In this document: positions 1 through 14,691 of the stretch, piece by piece | Position numbering within the stretch: position 1 is the stretch's first letter | How the letters are laid out: each line of letters opens with the position of its first letter | NCBI RefSeq assembly: GCF_009914755.1 | Contig: NC_060926.1 | Reading direction: 5' to 3' (one strand) | Length of the DNA stretch: 64,000 nt | Source: the human T2T-CHM13v2.0 reference genome, Homo sapiens | Notes under the pieces: model-generated | Told to the model about the DNA's origin: nothing | Seen by the model: only the letters and a program-made list of their open reading frames with translations | The model's database searches: none | Position numbers and translations under genes: made by a program

Positions 1-240
1 CATATGGTACATGTTGCTTTTCATATACCCAAACATTGTTTACATTTTTTTCTTTTCCTCCTTCTCTCCCCTTTCTTTCTCTTCTCCACACGCTGCCTTC
101 ACTTTTGGCTTTCTTTTTACCATCCTCCCTTTTCTTTTAGCCATCTCATTTCTGATTGTCTTCTCCTCTTCTACTTTGTCCTTTCTCATCCTGCTGTCTC
201 CTTCTTCTCTGGTTTCATTAATCTCTCATGCCACCACCAG

Positions 241-258
241 ATTGGTTTCTCTGCCTGA
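241..258 (+). CDS. FMNL2: Candidate 18-nt alternative microexon of FMNL2 (would insert LVSLPE)
   Basis: ccaccaccag|ATTGGTTTCTCTGCCTGA|gtattt; long AG-poor pyrimidine tract upstream, TGC at -12; open in the phase-2 frame required by the next exon. Inferred only. Confidence 0.5.
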   Translation: MGFSA

Positions 259-714
259 GTATTTTCAGTTCCATTGCCACTAGAGCTGCTTCTCCCCTCT
301 TGCCTCTGGAGCAGCTTCAGTTTACATACTGATGATGAGGCTTCAAACCGGAAAATCTCATAAGTCTCGGGTGAAAACGACATCCAAGCGAGTTCACAGT
401 GCATGCTGGCAGGGCAATCCGACTGCTCTCCATGTTATAATATGATAACCTTGTGGCTTTGTGCTGACATGCCATACTAGAATAAAGCCTGCTGCCTTTT
501 AAACTTTGATACACTCTGTTATCATATTATGATTCCTCATTTTTAGAATTTGAACCTTTACAGTATCTTGCATTTTAATAGCACAGGTTGTTTTTTTTTT
601 GAAAAAGAAAAAGTATATAAATTCATGCTCTATGAAAATGATTTATTCTGGTAGCTTTGTTTAATTAGTATATGTCTTCTGTATCCAAATGCAGATTTTA
701 GTTTCTTCTTTTTA

Positions 715-1283
<569 letters not shown>

Positions 1284-2204
1284 TTACTTTTTAATTATTC
1301 AAAATTGATTGTTAAACATTTTATGTCATAACATACCCCTTGAGTCATATCAGCTATGGGATTCTGTATTACCATGTATTTGTCAGCTTGGCTAGAGGGA
1401 AACTGTTGCTATTGATGCAGTAGAGACCTGGTTTGTATTGTCTTCTAAAATTAGAATGTGGTGTGCCTTCGGTTAAGATAGGTTTCTGTCAGTGCGGCTA
1501 CAGAGCTAGCTAAATTTAACAATGCCATATAGGCACATATGTGCACATCAGATCTATGAAGACAAAGGCTGTGTTATTTCAGATGCAAGAGAAAATACTT
1601 TCTGATTTTTAAGAAGGTCCAAGTTAATGCTATTAACTCGAGTAAGAAATGACATAGCAAGTAAATGAGTTTTTAAAGAAAGAGGTGGAGTACTAACTTA
1701 GGGTTTGGAGGAAGGGACAAATTTAAACTGGACTTTAGGCAATGTCCAGAGTTGGTCCTCAGGGTAAGGAAAGGTTGCTCCAGGTGGAGGGGAAGTGAAA
1801 GAACATGAGTTGAGCACAGCCCTATATAAAGATCAGGTGTGCTAGGGAATGAGAGAAGAACCTGTCCTTTCAGGAACAGGTGCTTTGTGATGGAGGTGGA
1901 GAGCTGTCCAGTGGAGAGAGAGTCATAAGACAGAAACCAAGATTCACCCTTGCTATTGATCTTTGTAACCAAGGATGATCTTTTCAAAATAATTATATAA
2001 TCCCGCTCATTTTTTCCTTAAAATTTTTTTGTCTTCTTTTACTTTCCTGAATATGCCCATAGTTTACATATTCCCATTGCAACGGTTTATTTTCAAATAA
2101 TATCTTTTCTTTAAAAACAACACCAAGGTCCACATTGCCTTTAATACATTAACTACCATTAATATTTCTTCTACACTCCTCCAGAGTAAGAGTTTGTTTT
2201 TCTT

Positions 2205-2517
<313 letters not shown>

Positions 2518-4633
2518 AAGATAATTACTTTAATGGAATGGCATTTCATGAATAGTCCTTATCTGAATATTTACCACTTGTATCCTTAGTGGATTTACGT
2601 GAAGAGATGAAGAATTCAAATGTAGGTCCTTGTTTATATATTTTTAACACTGCAGTCCCATTCCTGGCGATGGTTTTCATAGAAGTAATTATTAAAAGTA
2701 TTTTTCAGTGGTACAAAGATACAGATAGCGTTGATGTAATTTTTATTGGTGAGAAAGCCTTTTCTTAAATGTCTGTTGTGTGGCAGCCACTGTACTAAGG
2801 GCCTCGGGGGATTTGCTGTTCACAGTTTACTGCCTCTGTGAGATTGCTACTGTTATACCACTGTGAGGAAACTGGGGCCTGAAGTAGTAGTGAAACAACT
2901 TGCCTTGGGTCGAACAGTAAGTGAAGGAGGCAGGATCTGAATTGAAGTGGCTTATCAAGGATTGGAAAAAACACTGAAGAGGCCTCAGCAAATTCTTGTA
3001 GCTGTGGTCCAGTGCCTTCATGGGCAAGACTGATTATGGACTTAGTTTGTAAAGGGTGCCTTGCCAAGGGTTAAGGATACAGAAAGATATATTAAATAAT
3101 ATATTTGTATATGATTTGTGGCTGACAAGGGACTTAAGTATATATATGTTTGTGTGTACACATGTTTGTGTACATGAGCATATATATGAAATGTCATGTG
3201 AGTGTAACAAACTCTAACAATACGGAAATGTAGAGGTGAGAGTAAACAGCAGAACCTAGGGAGTGATTCACGAGACTTGGTGTGGATGTGAAACAACAAT
3301 GAGTAAGACCCAGAGGGGTGGCTGGGAAAAGGGAGAAGTCAGGAGAGTGATCTGAGCGGAGGTTCAGTGGTAAGACCGCATGCTTCCTTTAGGAGACAGT
3401 GAAGAGATGAGCCTGGCTGCAAGTCGTTTAGAGACAGTTTATGTACTATTCTGAAGGTTAGTCTGTGAAATTGTCACTGCAGCTCATTGGCAGTGATTTT
3501 GTTGGTTTTTGAAAAGAGGGGATAATATGGGAAGAACATAGAAATATTTCCATTTAAAGGTCACAGGAGTGAGATGGTTTCCTTGGACACATTTCACATG
3601 GGGCTATGTCCTGATTAATTAGCCCCCCCAATAGCAAATGCCTTTGACAAATGGAATATAATGAAAAATAAGAAAAATCAGGCTAATAGTGACTCTCCAT
3701 TCATATGATGGGTTGCCAGCCTCCCCTTTCATTTGCTCCATTCAAAAAGTATGCACTGAAACCTTTGATTAGAGGCTCTGATCTAGCTCTTATCTGGTCC
3801 TCTAATGGGACGTATAGACAGCGTTTCAATGCCTGATTTAAAAGTTCATTAGGAATTTTGTTTACTTTTTTCTTTCTTTCCCTCTTTCTCTTCTTGATCC
3901 CTCTACCTCTCCTTTGAATTATCTGGATTCAGCTGTTTCAGCTCTATTTCTTTTGGCTGTAGAGACAGTCAGAAAACTGCCTGGCCCCTTTTTTTAGCAT
4001 CATATATTTTATGAGTTTAATTGATAGAAAAAATATGCCCAAGTGATGTCATGTCTGAAGGATAAGAAAGAGGAAACCTAAAACCCCAAATCTTGGTTAA
4101 AGTTCTATTAGCCCAGACCTTGGAACCATAAAAGACTGGTACAATTCTGCCAAATTCTGTAACATACCTCATTGGTGTTGCATTTCAGTGGGTTGAACCC
4201 TTATGTCAGCTTCCGAGGGAGTTCTATACTATTCTTTATTTATAGGTAGATATTAGTTTGAGATCTGAATAGTGTGACAGACTGCATTTTCCTTACAAAA
4301 ATGCTTTTGGTCAGCGAGAAAATATAGCTTTTCTTTTACTTGTTCCCATTAGGGCTTAGATATTATGAATCTCACAAATGTTGGCATGGAAGCTCCATAG
4401 AAGGCTTGTGGAAAACCTTTTTGCTAGACTCCAGGAAAGCCTGGTTAGTTCAATTCAGGAAACATTCTTTCAAGGTTCTGCGGTATTATGTAGTCTGGGT
4501 ATTGAAGCTCAAGGAGAAAGACAGACATATACACAACTCACATACTAGAATAAGTCTAAATGTCTAGAAATAAGTGTATATTGTTGAGACAATAGATGGG
4601 TGATCACAGTTACTTCAGGACATTACTGGGTGA

Positions 4634-4949
<316 letters not shown>

Positions 4950-4984
4950 CATTTTAGTGTTTTCTAAGTGCTTGGTGCTTTACA

Positions 4985-5350
4985 TGTATTAGCCTGTTGT
5001 CACACTGCTATAAGGACATACCCGAGACTGAGTAATTTATAAAGGAAAGAGGTTTAATTGACTCACATCTCAGCATGGCTCTGGAGGCCTCAGGAAACTT
5101 ACAATCCTAGTGGAAGGGGAAACAAACATGTCCTTCATCACATGGTGACAACAAGAAGTGCTGAGCAAAGGGAGAAATGCCTCTTATGAAACCATCAGAT
5201 CTCTTGAGAACTCAGTATCATGAGAACAGCATGGAGGTAACCACCCCCAGATTCAATTATCTCTTACTGGGTCCCTCCCACGATACATGGGGATTATGGG
5301 AACTACAGTTCAAAGTGTGATTTGGGTACAGACACAGCCAAACCATATCA
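4985..5350 (-). mobile_element. THE1/MST-family MaLR solo LTR
   Basis: tgtattagcc...cagccaaaccatatca matches the reverse of THE1-type LTR ends; TG...CA termini; 5-bp TSD ttaca on both sides. Confidence 0.92.
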
Positions 5351-5989
5351 TTACAGATATAAATCTCTGAGTAAATCCGGTGTTTGATTTCTTCTAGCTT
5401 TTTAGCTTATGAGTAGAGGTCTTTCTCCTCTACTCCAAGAATTTTCATAGACACACCACTTAGTACTTACGTTTACCACCATTGTTATTATTTTTAAGAA
5501 TGTACTACTTTATATTTTTAAACATGAAGGACTAGCTCAAAATTTTGTAGCTTCCCCCCCCGCCCCAATCTTTTTTTTTTTTGACTCCTTTGTGATGGGT
5601 AGTGGTTTAAAGACAGCAAAACATGACTTTAACCAGAACACTAACTAGCTTTATACATAATTCAGCCTATGAACATGTATCTGGCAAGAGAAATTCCTGA
5701 TCTGTGGTTCGGCAGATCCATGAGAGCTGCTTCTCCGGATTTTCTTTGCTGGCCTTGCTTGCTTTTTGTGCTCCTGTCAAAAACTCAGGTTTCGCTTGCT
5801 GGTTGGAGCTCACTAACAAAAATAGCTTCTTTCCCTATAGCGCCTGCTGCTGGTGCTGTGCAGGTTGAGGTGTTCCATTTGTGCTCCTTGATAGATTCAT
5901 TGTTGAGCATTAAGTAGGTGGCTGGGTGCAGTTGTCACCTGAGTACTAAATAGGAAATGTTCTGTGTAGATTTCTTAAAAGATATTTGC

Positions 5990-6172
5990 TTAGCCGGGCG
6001 TGGTGGTGCCACCCGTGGTCTTAGCTCCTTGGGGGGCTGAGGCAGGAGGATCACTTGAACATGGGAGGTCAAGGCTGCAATGTGCGGAGATCATGCCACT
6101 GCACTTCAGCCTAGGTGACAAGGTGAGACCCTGTCTCAAAAAAAAAAAAAAGGAAGTTAAAAAAAAAAAAAA
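5990..6172 (+). mobile_element. Alu right monomer / 5'-truncated AluJ
   Basis: tagccgggcgtggtggtg...cctgtctc followed by A tail. Confidence 0.9.
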
Positions 6173-6182
6173 GATACTTGTG

Positions 6183-6505
<323 letters not shown>

Positions 6506-7216
6506 TTAGTTTTTTAAAGTCTATCACTCATACTAGCATTGAGTTATAACTTTTTCTTTTATTAATATTTTATGTACATATAACTATTGGTATCTGCTGG
6601 GATATGCATAACACTAATAAAAGGGTTTGGAGTAATTTGTTTGGTTATGATCTTAAGTCAGTTTTGTAATCTGTAATCTGCTTCTTTCTGCATTCACAGA
6701 GCTTTGTGAATTCTAACTGGCAGCTCTTCCAAGATAGAATCTCATCTTTGAATGCTAGGGTAACATTTAGAGTTTTAGTTCAGTGGAAAATTAGCAGGTA
6801 GTTCTCTTAAGTTTATGTAGAAGAGGGGCTGGGAAATTTGGTGCTGTTAGTTTCCGTACAAAATCAGCCCTAGATATCCCTTCCCTATTGTATTTTTCTA
6901 CAAATGGCAGGAGCTCCAAAAATTAGACTCAGCTATTTTCTGTCTCTGGGAAGCCCTTCTTTTGTGTACAAGCATCCAGGGCCCCAAAGGCTCTTCTTGC
7001 CAGCCTGGGAGAAGAAAGGCTATCAGCATGGCATTTAGATAATCAGCCTCAGTGGTCCAGGAATTGGGTCACAACTTCTCCATATTTCATTTCCTGTTTT
7101 TCTCTTTGGAATCTGAGGGAGTCCTTTCCAATCCTCACATCTCAGGGAACCTTCCCCAAGTCACCAGAGAGACCTGATTGTTCCATCACCTTCTTAGACC
7201 TGTTCCCATCAACTTG

Positions 7217-7272
7217 AAAGTTACACTTCAGAATGAATAGGTTGGAAAAGTTACACTTCAGAATGAATAGGT
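7217..7272. repeat. Tandem duplication, period 30
   Basis: aaagttacacttcagaatgaataggt at 7217-7242 and 7247-7272. Confidence 0.9.
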
Positions 7273-7289
7273 CTCTAAATGTCTGTTAT

Positions 7290-7615
7290 GGAATGCTGGT
7301 GAAATGGTTGAATTAAGGCCCTCTGAAAATGTTCTCATCCATAAAAGTGATAAGAAAACTGGCAAAAATTACTGGAATAAACTTTTTCAGAACTCTAGAA
7401 ATTAAAGTCTTGCAGTAACCCAGGGAGCATCTATTCAGGAAAAGGGACTGATTCTCAGAGCAGGAAGTTTTGTGGCATTTTAACTTGTTCTCATTCCCAT
7501 CCCTCCCTCTCCAGTTCCACAGTAGCCTTGAAAACCAGTAGCTGCAATCACAGTGAAAACCAGCAGCCTGGCAGCCTCTGGCAGGGGCAGGATGGCGTTG
7601 GAGTGTCTTCAAAGC
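7290..7615 (+). mobile_element. Old L1M 5'-end fragment
   Basis: aaaactggcaaaaatt...aactttttcagaactctagaaattaa resembles L1MC/L1MD 5' UTR consensus (from recall). Confidence 0.55.
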
Positions 7616-8987
7616 ACCTCTGCCTCCTCCTTTTCCTCCTTCTCCTCTCCTGGCTCTCCCTTCTCTGAGATTTGAGAACTGCTGGTGGAGAGGAGGGCCC
7701 AGGGGAGTGCATTGCTGCTGAAACTGATTTCAAATTTCAGTTTAGGGAACATGCACCATTAGCTGTTGACAGAGTCTGGGATCATGCAAGATGTATTACA
7801 TGGGACAGGACTAAATAAAGCTCATGTGCGCCAATTATCCATGGGAGTCCATGGAGAAACTGATGCTGCCTCTCACTGGAGCTTTTAAAGTATACCACAG
7901 TGAATTGGAGGGACACTCTCCAATTTGGTTCTGCTCAAATTATGTGAAGTTTCATAATAGCTTCAGGAAGAAAATATTATAGTAACCGTTTCACTTTATG
8001 TAATTCTGTAACAGAACACATGCCAAGGGTGTTAGTTTGCCACAGAGGTACTCATGCCTCCTACTGAGTCACTGGCTTAATCCCTGCAAAGCTCAGGCCT
8101 TTGTAGAAAGTTTATTCAAACAGGTAAACTAGGATGATCAGTGTTTGGAAAACGAAGAAAGTTTAGCCTAGAGGGCTGTGGCAAAGGACCTGATGCAGGC
8201 TGCCTTATCCTCTCTTTCAAAGATAGTATATTGAATTGATTTATTTGTGTTAAGATGATTATACAACAGCATCATGTATATACATTATTTTATAGTTATA
8301 ACTAGTTTCATTTGAGCGGTTTGAATGTTAATTGGTGACGGATTACTGCTGTGATTTTTTTTTTCAATCTTAAGTGAATCGGTGTGACATTTATTTAGTA
8401 GAGTTTTGGGGCACTAATCAATTAGCCTCATCTTTTTTCCTGTGGAAACTGTTTGCCACTGAATTCAGCCTTATTGTTATCTAGGTGGACATTTGCAACA
8501 CCAGGTAGTAAGATTTTCAAAGCTGAGTTTTTCTAATGATATTTGGTTCTTCAGTCCTGTGTATTGTGGAGGGATTTGGTCTCATCACAGAAATCTGCAA
8601 ATGTGCTTCATCGGGTAGATCAGGACCAGCTCTCCATCTAAAAAGGCCTTCTAGGAGACATCCTACAGGGTGACTGAGGAAGAGTGTGATGATCCCCTTA
8701 TCTAGTTAGCTCTCTATCTTAAGGTCTAAACCTAGACCATCTCAGTAATGTTTAGCATAAACAATAGGTACTTAGTAAAGCCAACTTTGGGGCTTAAAAA
8801 AGAGATTTGGTTTGATTTCCTGTGGCTGGTGAGCACCAGAGGCCATTTCCTCTAGATTGCTTACCTTGTCTAGGTGTTCTTGTTGTGGTAAAGTGGCTAA
8901 TATCTTGTAAATCCTCATTCTGTTGCTGTTTTAGGGTCAGTAAAGCCATCTCCTCAGGGAAGTGGTTATTAGATAGTGTGAGCTTCT

Positions 8988-9210
8988 GCAGGGCGCAGTG
9001 GCTCATGCTTTTAATCCCAGCACTTTGGGAGGCCAGGAATTCGATACCCACCTGGGCAACAGAGCAAGACCCTGTCTCTACAAAAAAAATTTTTTTTAAT
9101 TAACTGGGCATTGTCTCTTGAGCCCAGGAATCTGAGGCTGCAGGGAGCCGTGATCATGGCACTGCACTTCAGCCTGGGTGACAAAGTGAGACCCTTGTCT
9201 CCAAAAAATA
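8988..9210 (+). mobile_element. Internally deleted Alu (AluJ-like)
   Basis: Alu left and right arm pieces, each with a deletion. Confidence 0.88.
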
Positions 9211-10599
9211 CATGGTATCAACATCATGCGTTGGAGCTGAATTCAAAACCTGTTTTTTTTTTTTTTTAAAGTAGTCATTTACTCACATGGTAATTAAAGC
9301 AAAGAAACCAAATATACAGTTACAAAAATTGTCAGATTCCATAAAATATGCATGATGAAGAATTGATTAATGTACATGCTAACCCATGGCACAGTCCCTA
9401 AAATCTAGTCTTGTATGTTTAAGATCATCCTAAGTTGAGTCCTTTGAAAGTAAATTTTCAGAGGTAAAGAATTATGACATTTCTCAGGGTGCATTTATTT
9501 AGTGAGAGGAAATCCTTTTAAAATGATTCTAAAATATAGAGCAAAATTTCCTATTAAGTCAAAAAACATCCTCACTTTCCTAATAAGTGTCATATATAGA
9601 ATAAAGATTTAAAAAGAGAAACTTGCTTACCAAGGTATTGGCCACTGTGTTCTGTAAGAGATGCCTATATGCTGCTGTTTTTGACAAACTAAGCCTTAAT
9701 TCACCATGATGAAATAATTATTCAGGGTGAGAAATGACACCTATCTAGGACTGAAGCAGAAAATGCTGCCAGGATGACAGGATGTGAACATTTGATAAAG
9801 AACTAGCCAGCACAGACAGCTGTAGGCGGTAGCTTTTTCACATGATCACCCAGCAGATTGTTGATGAGTCAGGTTGATGATGAGCAACTCGTGGAAAGTG
9901 ACTGTCCTAAATCGCAGTGAGGAGACTTGTGGTTTTGCCTGGTCTCATCTCATCCCTTATTTGCTATGTAGATGTAATGTCTCTGGGCTTCCGTTTTCTT
10001 AACTGTATCAAGAAAGGATTAGAGTAAATGATACCATAGCTCTTCAGTGCTATGATTTTGTTGTTGCTGTTATTGGTCGTGATGGAGGTTTTTAAATTTA
10101 TAATGTTATTATTTTAGACATACAAGTTCAGATACTACCTTTTATTACTACTCTATTTTTATATAAACAAATAATTGGAGAAAATAATTTTTAAACCAAA
10201 TACCATACATTTTAGAAAAACTTTAGCTCTATTGTTTTTGAGCATAGAATACAACTAATAAACAAGTTTCTCATTTTTTTATTGACATTTATATATTGCG
10301 TATTTTCTAAAGTCTTTAAATGTTAATAAGTATGTATGTGTTATGTCATATTAAATGTATTTTAAGTGTTGATCCAGAAAATGTATTTGAGATTAGCTAT
10401 CTACTGCAACAAATAGAAGCCCTTTGTGTTAATGTTTGGGAAGTAGAATATTATTCTAATTAATTTTGTTGCTTTCTACACTCCATAAAATAATGACAGG
10501 GACATTTTAGCTTCTTAGAAAGAGACTATTGCAATATAGATCAAGAACTAGATCAGTAAATAAAAAGAAAGAATGTGCTACATTACTTTACACCTCTTA

Positions 10600-10973
<374 letters not shown>

Positions 10974-11593
10974 TCAAAGTGATGCAGAAATATGACACTG
11001 TAGAGAATAACCTCTCCCATTTTCCTTAGAGACTGGTTTTCATTAGTGTATCTTCTCAATCATTGCTGCATATGAATACAATTTAACAAAAGGCAGTTGA
11101 TTCCATTCAAATTACTCTTTCTTTTTAAAACTTAGATTACTTTGTTTTACACTGGAAGCTATTGCTATCAACTAAAAATGAAAACTCTTTCTAGTAAACA
11201 GTCATGTACTTAACAAGTGATTCCATTAAAGAAATTCAAGACTGAGGTTAAAATAAGAAAGATAGAGGAAGGGGAAGAACTTCAGATGTAGATTAAGAAG
11301 ATGATATATGCTTGGGTCTCATTGGCTGTGTGATTAGTTTTTAAAGTTGTACCAGTCTCTGAGACCTCCAAAAAGTGTGTTAACAAGCATACCCAAGATG
11401 GGCTTATGGCAAAGTGACACATTATAAAGCTGTATTTTAGAGGTTGAAATCAATCTTACTGTTGCCATTTGGTGGCGGTTTTAACCTACAATCCTTGTTT
11501 TGGTACTGGTGAAGAGTAGTGTCTGTTAAGTGCATGTGCCTATGCTAAGAAAGTAACCTGTTGTTTTATAGAAGTTTCTCTTTTTGTTTGTAG

Positions 11594-11702
11594 ATATAAT
11601 ACATTGCCAAGCAGAAGAACTCTGAAAAATTCAAGATTAGTGAGTAAGAAAGATGATGTGCATGTCTGTATCATGTGTTTACGTGCCATCATGAATTATC
11701 AG
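11594..11702 (+). CDS. FMNL2: FMNL2 internal coding exon (109 bp, probably exon 7), GBD/FH3 region
   Basis: tttgtttgtag|A TAT AAT... translates (R)[36 protein letters not shown]; donor CAG|gtatgt; phase 2 to 0. Confidence 0.96.
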
Positions 11703-11756
11703 GTATGTTGGAGCTTCTGGTTCTTTTAAAAAAAACCTGAATTAATCAGACTCAGA

Positions 11757-11917
11757 AATGACTGCTGGGTGCAGTGTACACCGCTTGGGCGAAGGGTACA
11801 ATAAAAGCCCAGACTTCATCATCCTACAATTTATCTGTGTTACCAAAAGCTGCTTGTACCCCTAAAGCTGTTGAAATTTTTTTAAAAAAGAAGAAAAACC
11901 AACCAAACAAAAAAAAA
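11757..11917 (+). mobile_element. L1 3'-end fragment (L1PB/L1MA type)
   Basis: gtgtacac...aaaagcccagacttca...cttgtacccctaaa then A-rich tail; flanked by cagactcaga at 11747-11756 and 11918-11927. Confidence 0.85.
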
Positions 11918-12689
11918 CAGACTCAGATTTTGTTCTCTTTGGTTTCTTTGTATTATTTCTATTTGAAGTAAATGCCAGGATTTAACGAGATTCTATTAAA
12001 AAAGAAAGGCCTGGTTCATCCTAATTCTCAAGGTTTAATTCTTTGCTCTCATATTTTAATAAATATATATAATTTGTGACGTATTTAAAGGAAAGGTGTT
12101 TTCCTCCTATAGAGATAAACTTACCTAGATTGCTTGGTGAATGCTTGTGACTACTAAAGATTGAATAAGCTGCTGTTGCAGGTAGTAATGAAACAACTCT
12201 AGAACACCAGGAATGGATAGAGACAGTGGTTCTCAAAGGGTTATATGGCAAACAGGCAAAAAGTTACAATTATTGACAGTTGGGCTCAGTGGTTCCTAAT
12301 CTTTATAAGAAGCACCTAGAAGATCGTTGAAAATGCAGATTCCTCCTTTGGGTAATTGAGATGCAGGTTGACCCCACTGTAAAAACACTGGAAGTTACGG
12401 TGGAACACGTGTGCTGGGTTAATCTTAACAACAAAGTGGAAGTTAGAGCCTGTAGTACCTAGCGTGAACTGGTAGGGTCATCAGTTTAATTAGGTCAGCA
12501 AAGCAGGGGTACAGGGGTTCCACTTAGAAAAGTGGAATTCAAATATAGAAATAGGATTTGATTTCCATTAATATGGATGCTACAGTGGGTCCAAGTAGAA
12601 GTGGGAGATAAATACATAGGTCGAGGGTTGGTGTTAGAGTTCAAACCAACACAAAAGGTGCTGTGTTAAATTTAAGAAGGGAAACATGC

Positions 12690-14690
12690 ATTTATTCTTT
12701 CCATTTTTTTTTGAACTTTGCCAGACGGCCCCTGTTCCACATAGGCAACTGAGAATACAGCATTGAATAAATCTGTGGCCCAGGGAACTTACTTTCCAGG
12801 GAGGGGAGACAGATGACCAACAAATAAATTGGTAAAATGTATATGTTCCAGATAATAATGATGAAATGAAAGCTAATGCTTACATGTTACACTTTTCAGG
12901 TCTAGTGCTTTTAAACCTCTTAAGTCATGTAAATAGCCCTGTGAGATCAATAATATTACTCTCCCCATTTTACTGATGAAGCTGGGACACAGAGAAGTTT
13001 GGTAATTTGCCTAAAATCACATAGCTAGTTAGTAGTGGAGTCAAGATTTGGACCCAGGAACACTTTGAACCCAGAGAACCATTACTAAGTACTGTAGAAA
13101 AAATAGGAAATAGGAACTGCTGAAAATGTGTGCGAGTTTTAAATAGGCCAGCTAGGGAAGGGTCACTGAGAGGGTAACATCTAGTAACAACTTGAATGAG
13201 GGAGCAAAGGGAGGGATATTAGGGGAAGAAGGTTCTAGGCAGAGAAAAGGGCAAGTGCAGAGACCCTGAGGCAGGAATGTCTGGTTTGCCCAAGGCACAG
13301 AAAGGAGGCTTGGCTGGATCAGAATGAGTAAGAGGGAGAAGAGTAGAAGATGAAGTCAGATGTGACAGGGAGTTTGATTATGTAGAGCTTTAGAGGCCGC
13401 TGAGAGGACATTGACTTCACTATGAGTGGAAAGCTATTGAATGGTTATAACGACATAATCTGACACTTGTATTTAACATGAGACCATGCTGGCTTCTGTG
13501 TTTAGGTTTGATCTTGGCCAGGCAAAGGCAAGAGGGGGTAGACCATTTAGGAGGCTTTTAGCAGTAATTTAGGTGAGCTTTGGTGGTCATATGGACTAGG
13601 ATCATAGGAGTGGAGATGATGAGAGGTGGTCAGATTCTGGTTTTATTTTGATGTTAAAGGCCACAGCATTGGATATGAGGGAGAAGGTGAGTAGTAGAGG
13701 GTGGCACCAGGGCTTTTGTCTTGGGCACCTGTGAGATATATTTGCTATCTACAAAGATGGGAAGACTGCAGGATAGATGGATTTGAGGGAGATCATTAGG
13801 AATTCTGTTTCGGGGATTTTAACTTTGAGATTCCCCTTAGACATTCAAATGGTGATCTTAGGTGCATGGTTGGATATGCCAGTCTGGATTTCAAGGCAGT
13901 GGTCTAGGCTGGAGTTAGACATTTGAGAGTAATTAGCATATAAATGGCATAGGAAGCCAGGAAGGTGAATGAGATCAGTAGGGGTAGACTGAGAAGTAAA
14001 GAAGTCCAAAATATGAACTCTAGGGCTCTCTGTTTAAATGTCAGAGAGACGAAGAAAAGCTGGCTAGAGAGCCTGAAAAATAGCCAAGTAGGAGCCAAGT
14101 GAAGGACATATTTCAAGGAGAAGGGAGTATTCAGCTCTGTTAGATGCTGCTAAGTCAAGTAAGATGTGGAGTGAGGATTGGCCATTGGCTTCAGCAAAGT
14201 GCAGGTCTTTGGTGATCTTGGCAAGAACAGTTCATTGGGATGGTGGGGGTGAAATGCTTGATTGGAGTGGTTTCAAGAATGAGCAGGAAGTGAGGATTTA
14301 TACTGAGTGTCTGGAGGAGTTTTGCTGTAAAGGATAGCAGAGAAATGAGAGGCAGTGGCTGAACACAGGTTGTGGTATCAAGAGAGGTTTTTATTGTTAC
14401 TTAAGATAATTTGCATTTTTTATGCTAATGGCAATGAGTCTATGGAGAGGGAAAAATAAGGGGGAAGGGAGGAATTTCTGGAACATATGATGTTCGTGAG
14501 CAGATGCGAGGGAATGGGATGGAGGAAGGACTCATGGGAGGGGTTGGCCTTAGTTTGGAGCACAGAAGAGTTCCTCTTTAATAGGAGGTGAGGAGGTAAG
14601 CCACAAATCTGTGTGGATAGATTGATGTGGTATAGGAACTTCTGGATGTTTTCTCTGATGAGCTGAGAGTGAGTTTTGAGGAGAAAGAAT
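12690..14690 (-). mobile_element. L2 LINE, long fragment (interrupted by a MIR at about 12870-13075)
   Basis: Purine-rich reverse-L2 motifs (ggtcagattctgg, agacattcaaatggtgat, gggagtggtttcaaga-like); MIR core ccccattttactgatgaagctgggacacagagaag. Confidence 0.8.
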
Positions 14691-14691
14691 A

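Noticed and set aside
4-514. Overlapping ORFs at the window start (hydrophobic + strand; K/E-rich - strand) as a gene or processed pseudogene
   Set aside because: They are by-products of the pyrimidine tract composition; there is no recognisable protein, poly-A tail or TSD.
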